A DNA stretch of 46,419 nucleotides from Priapulus caudatus. Lineage: Eukaryota. The stretch is from contig NW_014577074.1 of the NCBI RefSeq assembly GCF_000485595.1, positions 46,388 through 92,806 of the forward strand, written 5' to 3'. Made by a program: the position numbers and the translations under genes. Numbering within the stretch: position 1 is the stretch's first letter; each line of letters begins with the position of its first letter. Below are positions 36,780 to 46,419 of this stretch, one piece after another. The notes under the pieces were generated by a model. It saw only the letters and a program-made list of their open reading frames with translations. It searched no databases and had not been told where the DNA came from.

Positions 36780-38760
36780 CGTTCTTGCTGTGATCAAGTA
36801 CCCATACATATTCCCGTAGTTTACCGCACCTCCCCCGCAGGTCTGTGCTGTGCATGCACGTTCCTACATAGCGTGTTTAACCCGCACCTCCCCCGCCCCG
36901 TCTGGCTGTGATGCACGATTCCCTACAGTAGCCGTGTTTACCGCACACTCCCCGCCCGTCTGTCTGTGATGCGCACGGATTTCGCCTAATGAGCCAGTGT
37001 TTAACCCGCCACCTCGCCCGCCCGTCCTTGTGCTGTGATTGCAAGTATCCCTACAATAGCACGTGTTTAACCCGCACTCCCCCGCACGTTCTTGTGCTGT
37101 GATCAAAGTCCTATAGCCCCTGTTGTTTAACCCGGCACTTCCCCCCGCCCGTACATGTGCTGTGATTGCACGTACCCTACATTAGTCCGTGTTAACCCGC
37201 ACCTTCCCCCCCGTATGGTAGCTGTGATGACACACGGACCTACATAGCCCGTGTTTAACCGCACCTCCCGGCCCGTAAGTGTGCTGTGAAATGCACCCCG
37301 ACCCTACATAGCCGTGTTTAACCGAACCTCCCGCCCGTCTGTACTGTGATGCACGTTCCTACATAGCCGTGTTTACTCCGTTACCTCCCCGCCGTCTGTA
37401 CTGTGATGCACGTACCCTACATTATGCCCGCTGTTTAACCGCACCTCCCCGCCCGTCTGTACTGGTTGCATGACACGTTCCCTACATAGCGGTGTTTAAC
37501 CGCACCTCCCTCCGCCGTCTGTGCTGATGATGCACACGTACCCTACGATAGCGTGGTTTAACCCGCAGCCTCGCCGCTCTGCTACTGTGATGCACGTTTC
37601 ACCTACATAGCTCGTGTTTAACGCACTCCTCCCCGCCGTCTGTGCTTGTGATGCACGTACCCTACATGCCCGTGCTTTACCCGCACCTCCCGCCGTTCTG
37701 TCTGGATGCACGTTCTCCAGCCTGCCCGGTTCAGTCGAAGAATAATAACGGGGAAGAAATATTGCCAGTAACCGTCGACACCGTTTGCAGGCAATTCCGC
37801 CATTAATTTAGTAGCTGCGGGATTCGGTGAATTGTCGGCGGATGCTGGAGCCCCGGATGATTTTTTATATCCAGATTGTTCTGCACACAGTGCTGTCAGC
37901 TTGCCGGTTTAGTCGAAGTATAAAACGGCGACGAAAATTTTATTTGCAGTCAAGTCGACAATTTGAGCGCCATTTCGCCTATCCATCTAGCATAGCTGGG
38001 GATTCCGGATTCCGATCGCGGCCCCTGCGCGCACCCGCTCGCCTCTTTTTCCTTTAAAACAAAACCACCCAGGACCCTACTACCCTTCCTTACACTAGCC
38101 CGGTGTTCTAACGGCACTCCCCCCGCCCGTCTGTGCTGTGATACACGTTCCCCTACATAGCTGTGTTTAACCGCACCTTCTCCCCCGCCCGTCTGCTACT
38201 GTTGGATTGCACGCTATACCTACATAGCCCGGTGTTTAACCCGCAGCCTCCCCCGCCGTCTGTACTGTTGATGCAAGTACCTACACTAAGCCACGTGATT
38301 TAACCCGCCACCTCCCCGCCGTCTGTTTGCTGTGAATGCACTAGTTTCCACTACATAACCCCGTGTTACACGCACCTCCCCCGCCGTTCTGTACGTGTGA
38401 TGCGCGTTCCCTACCATAGCCCGTGTTTAAATCCGCACCTCCCCGCCGCTCTGTTGCTGTGTATGCAACTCGTACCCCTACATAAGTCCCGTGTTTAACC
38501 CGCACCTCCCCAGGCCGCCGACGGTCTGGTGGCTGTGATGATACGACCCATACATAGCCGTGTTTAACCCGGCACTCCCCCGCCGTCTGTACTGATGATT
38601 GCAGCGGGCCCTACATAGCCCGTCGTTTAACCCGCACCTCCCCGCCCGTCTGCTTACTGTGATGCAGCGTACACCTACAGTAGCACTGTGTTCAATCCGC
38701 ACCCTGCCGCCCGTCCCGTCTAGCTACTGTAATGCACCGGACCCTGACATAGCCTTGTTC
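36780..38760. repeat. 60-bp minisatellite (CTGTGCTGTGATGCACGTWCCCTACATAGCCCGTGTTTAACCCGCACCTCCCCGCCCGT-like), interrupted at about 37718-38080
   Basis: Noisy tandem units; clean copies at 44701-44820 show a period of exactly 60. Confidence 0.93.
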
Positions 38761-38845
38761 CAATGCGAGTTCGAGATTCGGTTTTATTAAGAAGCGGTCA
38801 ACCCTGTTACCGCTGCCAGATTAATACGAAAATATAAACAATGAC

Positions 38846-38954
38846 CCATCTCCTCCTGTTCAGGCCATGCCTCACTGTATGAGAGCTCATATCAATATAC
38901 CTGCCTCTTCCCCATTCCAGTCTTTTCTACGTCCTTTTCAATCGTACCTCTCCC
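38846..38954 (-). mobile_element. Possible decayed RTE-clade LINE 3' fragment
   Basis: Minus strand gives GRGTIEKDVEKTGMG and then GLNRRRW, similar to the RTE C-terminal pattern WxxxIxxDxxxxG...AxDRxxW. Short and in noisy sequence. Confidence 0.3.
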
Positions 38955-39187
38955 GTGAGCGAAATATCGAGATGGTGTCGCATACCGTAATGCGATATGA
39001 ACGCTGTTAATTGCATCTCAGCACTCATGCGGTGTGGCAGACCGTCTATATACGCACGCGCTCACGGCTCCGCCTTCACGCGACGTTTACACGCGTCTGC
39101 TGCTACTATATACTGCGTGCGCGGGAGGCAGGCGCGTGTCACGTGATGCTTGAGTCATCATGGTGGACGCGTTGACGCCGACAGATT

Positions 39188-39297
39188 CATCATCGCCATC
39201 ATCATCGCCATCATCATCGCGCATTCATCAGTCGCCATCATCATCCGCCATCATCATCGCCATCATCATCGCCATCATTCATCGCCATCAGCATCGC
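39188..39297. repeat. 12-bp repeat (ATCATCATCGCC)n
   Basis: About eight tandem units. Confidence 0.9.
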
Positions 39298-40259
39298 ATA
39301 GATTACGAAAGACGCGAACGAGCGCGAAATGTTGATGCAGAGATATATTAGACAGGAGTATTTCGCGGTCCGTGAATGTATTACGAGTATTTGCATGCGT
39401 CGTGCCGGTGCGCGTGCGGGTGTGCGTTCGCGGACGTGTATATGCGTGTTCTCCCGCACATTGGGCGCAGTGTTCGTTGCGCGACATGATGTGGTTCGTG
39501 CGCAAGCTGTGCTTGTATCGTGCGCGTGTGCGCTTGTTCGAGCGCGCAGTGTGACGCTACCGACTCATCCGTGTTTAGCGCGCAAGTCGTGCTTGCTCTG
39601 TGCGCGCGTGTGCGTGAATCTCGTCGCGCGCGTGTGCGGGTGTTTGTAGCAGCGGCACGTGCCTGTTGCTCCAGTTCTATTCGTGCGCGGTGTGCGATGT
39701 TGTGCTTCGCGCGGTGTGCGTGTGTGGGCGCAGCGTGACCGTTTCTTACGCGGGGAGCTGCTATTCCCTCAAGGTATTGTCCCGCATGCCTGCACTATTC
39801 AGTGGAAAATTCAATTTGGATAATTTTCACGTAGGCTTCAACAGATTGTTGTCGATATTAATCTTGGGTCAACTTAAGTGCACTTTATTTTGCTTGATCG
39901 ATATAATTCAAATACTACGGCCTAATCGGTCCGCCGCATTACTTGTTCTGCTGGCCAGGACCGAACTAGCGCGCCAATATAGATTACCAACACTGGAACC
40001 GACTACAGTGTGATCATTTTGTTTTCTATCACTATAATTGTCTCCACTTTGTGAACCTGGCGTAATTTCACGTGCTTTGTTGCCAAGTCAAGCGTTGTAT
40101 TCAGAGCCACGTCGATATTGGTAATGTGTGCAATACAGAGTAAGCCTAAGTGGCGATTAGCTCTGCACACGCATGACTCGATCTGCACCAAGGACTAATT
40201 GAAGTCTGTGGTCGGGCTTACATGACGGTAATAACCTTGACATCTGTTGAATATCCTCT

Positions 40260-40909
40260 CGTAAGCCATTACTGTACTGTACCTGCTCCATTTACTCGTA
40301 CTGCGCATTGTCCGTGCTGTACTGGGTGCTCTGCATCGTTACTTGTGTGTAGCGTCCGGCATGTACTTGCCTCACCGTACATGTATCCCGTTATCGCAGT
40401 GCGCAGGTGTTATATCTGACTGCCTACCAGTTATCGAGTTAGCAGGTGTTTTATTACTCTGTTATACCTGCTGTACCTTGTACCGTCCATCAGTAGCCAG
40501 GGTGGTATCTGTACTGGTACCGGTGATCTCTAGTGAGTGCAGTGTATACTGGTACGCGCGCGTCCACCCAGTATCAGTAGCGGTGTTTATACCTGCATAC
40601 CATGATATCCTGTACTCAGTATCGTCAGTGTCCGGTTCATACCGTGGCTACCACTGTATACAGTTATCAGTCTAGCAGTGTTATACCCTGTGAACCTGTA
40701 CCGGTATATCAGTTAGCATGTGTTATATCCTGTACCTGTCACCCGTATCAGTATCAGTGTGAGTACATCTACCTGTTCTTTATCATGTAAGCGGACGCCC
40801 AGTGGTGGTACACTAGTACCCGTTACCAGTATCACATAAGTAGCGGGGTGTGTTTATGGGTGGGTGACCGGTGTACCTTTGTATGCCGAGTAGCGGGAGT
40901 GTGTATATA
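40260..40909. repeat. Noisy TGTACC-rich minisatellite (unit like TACCTGTACCTGTACCCGTATCAGTAGCGGTGTTA)
   Basis: Recurring GTATCAGTAGCGGTGTT-ATACCTG; a clean copy lies at about 44852-44897. Confidence 0.7.
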
Positions 40910-40934
40910 NNNNNNNNNNNNNNNNNNNNNNNNN
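40910..40934. other. Assembly gap (25 N)
   Basis: Run of exactly 25 N. Confidence 1.
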
Positions 40935-40999
40935 TGGCTGGTGGTTGCGTGGTGTGGTGTTCGTCGTGGTCGTGGTGCGCGGCGGTTCGGCTCTAGGCC

Positions 41000-41109
41000 G
41001 CGTGGCGGCGGCGGCGCGGCGGCGGCGGTGGTGGTGGTGGTGGTGGTGGTTGGTGGCAGTAATAGTAGTAGTAGCAGAAGCAGCAGCCAGCAGCTAGCAG
41101 TAGTAAGTA

Positions 41110-41143
<34 letters not shown>

Positions 41144-41200
41144 TAGTAGTAGTTAGTAGTGGGTAGTAGTTAGTAGTTGTAGTGGTAGTAGTAGTATCAG
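41000..41200. repeat. Compound (GGC)n-(GGT)n-(AGT)n trinucleotide tract
   Basis: Visible runs. Confidence 0.9.
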
Positions 41201-41209
41201 CGGCAGCAG

Positions 41210-42420
41210 AGCAGCAACATTAGCAGTAGTAGCAGTAGAGACGTAGTAGTAAGACATTATGCGCCATCGGCGCATTGAAGGGGAGGAAGCGGGTTACGGG
41301 GTGAACTTGGTGGCTGTTGTGCGCACGGCCTCCGCCCGCCGGGTTCCATCATTGCCATCGCGGCTGGAAGCGAACACCGATGGATCTTATCCGCCCGCTA
41401 CGGGCCTACATAATATCAAACACCACCCCGTTAAAAATCCTTATTGCTTGACCGGTATTAATAACTGCCTGCTGGCCAGGCTTATCTAACTTCATCTGCT
41501 GCTTCATTTCGCGTGCACCTGCTTGCCTGTTTTGCGTGACCCCAAGAGTCGAGATTTACATCACGGCGATAATGTGAGCGCCGAGGTTTCTATTTGCCCG
41601 ATGAAGGCGTGTGCGGAAAAAGGGCTCTTTATAAATGATAGGGTTCCGCAATAGTTGAAACTCCGAGCGCGAGTTATTAAATGCCATCATTGGAATTCGT
41701 GTCAGTTGGTAAGCCCACGAGGATCAAGCGGTCCGCTCGCGCGTAGGCTCTTCATATCGTCCGTCCCCGTCCATCCTTCCCGCTGGAAGGAAATGCTAAT
41801 AGCGCAATATAACCAAAACCGCTGTAATCAGAGCGCGCGGTGGTTTTCCCAGTGAATAGACTTTGGCAAATTATTATACCCAACTCTCCTGCTGTACGGG
41901 CGTACGTGGGCTTGCGGCGCGTGCGTGCGTGTTATGCGCCGTGTGGGCGTGTGCCCCGCCGTGCGTGCGTTGTGGTGCGCGTATGGCGGTCGTTTTGCCG
42001 GCCGATTTTGGGCGCGGATTGTGCGGTAATGCGTTGCGTGCGCGCCGTGTGCGGCGTGCGCTGCCGTGTAATGTATGCGTGCCGTAAGTGAAGGACCGCC
42101 TTTCTCTCTCTCTCTCATCTCTCTTCGGAGAAAGCCTGCGCTTTCTCGTCTGCGGCATTGCTCGCTGCGTTGCGGTTTCCCGCGCCCGACAAACGATCCG
42201 CGTGTATTTCGCGCTTGCCGCCGCTGCAACGCGATGTGTTATATCGCTTGCCCGCTGCAGACGAGAGTCAACATTGTAGAAAAGCCACAAATCACTTGCT
42301 TCCGCTGGGGATCCCTTAGCCGCAAGCTATCAGCGGTGTTGTTTCCGGGAAGCGAGATAGAGGGGGTGCTTACATAATGACCGCGTACGATCCTGTCTCC
42401 CTTGTGCACGTGGGCGGGGG
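41210..42420 (+). repeat. Second copy of 32057-33180
   Basis: Same collinear sequence with extra indels. Confidence 0.95.
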
Positions 42421-42924
42421 CGGCCGTGCGGTTCCTTATCAGCAGTATCGTCCGCGGGCGACGTTGGCCCCGAGAAGCTGCTGTGTATGCGGGGAGCGGC
42501 TTGGGAGTGTGCGCGAGGGGGTGAGAAGAAGCTGTGTGTGCGGGGCGGGTGAAGCTACCGCGAGATGCGCGCCGCGAGAGATTCTTTTTTTAATTAACAG
42601 GCTTTGATGTTTGTCATCGAGACGAGCGAAGTATAAACGCGCTCGCGACCGTAAACATTCTCTATCTCTCTTTCTCTCGCTCGCTCGCTCCCCCCCTCTC
42701 TCTTCTCTCTTTTTTCTCGCGCCCTCTCCTCTCTTTCTCTCTCTCTTTCGCTCTTTCTTCTCTCTCTCGCTCTCTCGCTCTCTCGCTCTTTCGCTCTCTC
42801 TCACTCTCGCGCGCGCCCTCTCTCGCTCTATCGACGCATGACTACGAATTAACGACTTGTCAACATTTTGTTTATGTTCCCCCATGTGATCACCAGCGCA
42901 TTTTATTTATGCCATTCCCGTCCA

Positions 42925-43320
42925 TCCGCCTACACCCGCCCCCTCCCGTTCACCCACCTACACCCGCCCTCCCCGTTTCACCCCCTATACGCCCTCCCGC
43001 TTCACCAGCTATACCCGCCTCCGTTCACCAGCCTAACACCCCGCCCTCCGTTCACCCCACCTACACCCGCCCCTCCACAGTTCACCCACCTATACCCGCC
43101 CTCGCTTCACCCACCTATACCCGCCCTACCCGCTTCACCCCACCTATACCCGCCCTCCCGTTCACCAGCCTTATACCCACCTATACCGCCCGCCATACCC
43201 GCCAGCCCGCCTATACGCCGCCCGGCCTCATACCCAGCCTGCCTATACCCACCTATACCCGCCCGCCTATACCCGCCCCGCCTATACCCACCTATACACC
43301 TCCGTCACCCGTTCACACCA
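42925..43320. repeat. ~26-bp C-rich minisatellite (CACCCACCTATACCCGCCCTCCCGTT)
   Basis: Tandem units directly preceding the 39-bp array. Confidence 0.85.
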
Positions 43321-43344
43321 CCTGATTGCCCGAACCGCCCTTGC

Positions 43345-44570
43345 GCGCCGGTCTCACCGGCCCATACCGCTCACACGCCCGCCCGCCCTAGTCTCACCCG
43401 CCCATACCGCTCACACGCCCGCCCGCCCTTAGTCTCACCCGCCCATAGCGCCTCCACTCCGCCGCCCTAGCTCACCCGCCCATAACCGCTCACCTCACGC
43501 CCGCGCCGCCCTACTCTCATCCCGGCGCATACCGCTCACACGCCGCCCGCCCTAGTCTCACCGCCATACCGCTCCACACGCCCGCCGCCCTAGTTCTCAC
43601 CGGCCCATACGCTCACACGCCGCCCGCCTAGTCTCACCGGCCCATGCCGCTCACTACGCCCGCCGCCCTAGTCTCACCGCGCCATACGCTCACACGCCCG
43701 CCCGCCCTAGTCTCACCGGCCCATACCGCTCACACGCCGCCCGCCCTAGTTCACCCGCCCATCGCGCTTCACACGCCGCCCGCCTAGTCATCACCGCGCC
43801 CATACGCCTCACACGCCCGCCTGCCCTAGTCTCACCCGCCCATACGCTCAACACGCCCGCCCCGCCCTAGTCTCACCGGGCCCATACGCCTCACACTCCT
43901 CGCCCGCCCTAGTCTCAACCGCGCCCATACCGCTTCACACGCCCGCCCGCCCTAGTCTCACAGCCCCGCCCATGCCGCTTCACAGCCCGCCCCCGCTCCT
44001 AGTCGTCACCGCGCCCATACCGCCACACGCCCGCCTTGCCCTAGTCTCACCCAGCCCATACGCTTCACACGGCCCGGACCCGCCCTAGCTCTCACCGGCC
44101 ATACCGCTCACACGCCCGCCCGCGCCTAGTCTCACCCGGCCCATGCCGCCTCACACGCTACCGCCCGCCCTTAGTCTCACCGGCCCATACCGTCACACGC
44201 ACCCCTGCCCTAGTCTCACCGCCATACCGCTCACACGCCCTGCCGCCCTGTCTCACCGGCCATACCGCTCACACGCCGCCCGCCCTACTCTCACACGCCC
44301 ATACGCCTCACACGCCCGCCCGCCCTAGTCTCACCGCCCATACGCTCACACGCCGCCGCCCTAGTCTCACCCGCACATACGCTCCACACGCCCGCGCTCC
44401 GCGCCTACTCGTCACCGCCTGCCATACCGCCTCACACGCCCGCCCGCCCTTAGTCTCACGGCCCCATACGCCTCACACGCCGCCCGCCCTAGTCTCACCG
44501 CCCATACCGCCTCACACGCCGCTCCCCCGCCCTAGTCTCACCCGCCCATACCGCTCACACGCCCGCCTGC
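43345..44570. repeat. 39-bp C-rich minisatellite, second array
   Basis: Same unit as 35020-36640. Confidence 0.95.
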
Positions 44571-44692
44571 ACGCTACGCTATTCTCCATCTCGGATGCTA
44601 ACTAGCTATCGTATTGCCTATCGCTTGTAATTATTGTCGTATAACGTTCCTCGCGTATATATTTGTACCGCGAATATTTGCTCGATCATCTT

Positions 44693-44838
44693 CCGCCCGT
44701 CTGTGCTGTGATGCACGTACCCTACATAGCCCGTGTTTAACCCGCACCTCCCCCGCCCGTCTGTGCTGTGATGCACGTTCCCTACATAGCCCGTGTTTAA
44801 CCCGCACCTCCCCCCGCCCTGTCTTGCTTACTGTGATG
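44693..44838. repeat. 60-bp minisatellite, second short array
   Basis: Two near-identical 60-bp units plus a partial one. Confidence 0.95.
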
Positions 44839-44851
44839 CCGTTCAATTTTA

Positions 44852-45180
44852 TACCTGTACCTGTACCCGTATCAGTAGCGGTGTTATACCTGTACCTGTA
44901 CGCGTGTCAGTACCGGTGTTGTTCCTCAACGTGTACCAGCAGCTGTACGTGCACCCGTACCTCTACCTGTACCCGTACTTGTACCTGTAGGTGTAGATAT
45001 ATCCGTACATGTGGCTGTATATGTACCTAAACCTGTACCCGTACATGTGGATGTATGTGTACTAGTACCTGTACGTGTACCTGGACCTGTATGTGTAGAT
45101 ATGGCCGTACCTGCAGCTGTACGTGTATCTGTGCCCGCACATGTACATGTACTGTACATTTACTCTCTTGTGTCTACCTG
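44852..45180. repeat. (TGTACC)n-like degenerate hexamer tract
   Basis: TACCTG/TACCCG/TACGTG units. Confidence 0.85.
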
Positions 45181-45955
45181 TAGCTCTCGGAACAAAACAG
45201 CTATGCAGAGTGGCCGTATTCTGATATCCCATGATCACCCTCAGTACGCAACAGTAGAGCAGCTATGCTGTATGTACACAGGCTATGATATCCCATCACA
45301 GCTCTGCCGGGTGTGGAGAGGTACCCTCGCCAGAGCACTACGTTATCTGCAGCATCGAGTCCTAATATGTCCGCCGCCGACCCAATAGCCACTAAATTGA
45401 TTTCTCTAAGGCAAGATTGCTCATCAATATTCAAATTCGCGATGTTGTTTGCGTCAGGCCAGCACGCGACTAAAATGGCTGAATAAAAATTACCACTTCA
45501 AAGACATGTGCGCGTCGTCATTCGGCGAATGAGTGAGAGGAATCACGAGAGAGTGAGAGGGAGAAGGATGAAGAAGAAGGAACTTAAGAGATGTACGGTG
45601 ACGGAGAGAGAGAGGGAGATAGGTAGAGATAGATATGGGGTGAGTGACGAGTGCGAGAAAGAGAGGGGAACGGAGAGAGACAGGGAGAGCGGGATAAAGC
45701 GGGAAAATAGAAGTTGAGGCAGAAGCAGTGTGATATAGACAGAGATAGAAAGAGAGACAGAGAACGACGCAGAGATAAGGAGAGGCTGGGATGTATGCAA
45801 GCATTAAGCTGTCTTGATTTCCCCGGAGCAGTAGACGCGACGTGACGCTGATCATTATTAGCTAGCACGAAGCAATCACGCGTGAAGCTTGCTTTCATGT
45901 ACGCGCATCCCGTCGTTCTACTCTCACGCCCGCACAACCCATCGTTTTACTTTTA

Positions 45956-46304
45956 ATTGACTACGTCACACATTTTCTATGGTGTACAATTGTAAACATT
46001 TTGTTGCAATTTTTTGCATGAAAAGTAAGTACTAACGGAATTAAATGTATCCTCAAATTCTTACCTGATAAGATTGTTTTTCAACTAGTTAAAAATCCAA
46101 AAAAACTGGGCGATTTGATATATTGATCACGACATTAAATGCTTGCTATGTATGAGTCACGAGTGTTTGTTCACATCAAACGGAATAGCAAAATAGGAAG
46201 GATAATGCAGCAATTTAACCATGAAAGTTATCAGAATCACTTACTTATTTTGTGAAAAAGTGGACAATTCTTTTAATTTTACTATTTACGGTGACGTAAT
46301 CACT
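45956..46304. mobile_element. 349-bp Kolobok-like non-autonomous element
   Basis: ATTGACTACGTCAC (45956-45969) and GTGACGTAATCACT (46291-46304) match 12/14 as an inverted repeat. Flanks are TTTA and TTAA, the interior is AT-rich, and the element interrupts a short tandem repeat. Confidence 0.55.
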
Positions 46305-46360
46305 TTAACGCGCGCGCATCATGTCGTTTTACTCTCACGTCTGTGCATCATATCATTTTA

Positions 46361-46361
<1 letters not shown>

Positions 46362-46419
<58 letters not shown>
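46362..46419. repeat. (CT)n-(CA)n compound microsatellite
   Basis: Runs to the window end. Confidence 0.95.

Overview
Repeat-rich eukaryotic genomic DNA, probably from an invertebrate animal (species not determinable), from a draft scaffold with four N-gaps. Only one convincing coding sequence is present: an uninterrupted 202-aa ORF (14974-15582, +) with strong GC3 bias. It encodes a four-transmembrane protein that resembles the CD20/MS4A-like fold. Its front end is unusual: the 3' splice acceptor plus ATG and first codons has been tandemly amplified as a ~65-bp unit. This gives five AG|T-ATG sites, of which only the last reads into the protein. The rest of the window holds microsatellites, minisatellites and several small non-autonomous DNA transposons (hAT-like, a 9-bp-TSD foldback element with a telomere-like core, tiny P-like palindromes, Kolobok-like), plus decayed LINE ends. 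From about 21.8 kb to 44.7 kb the sequence looks like uncorrected, indel-rich long-read fill, with internally duplicated segments and 39-bp and 60-bp satellites, so fine structure there is unreliable. Most ORFs in the supplied track are microsatellite translations.
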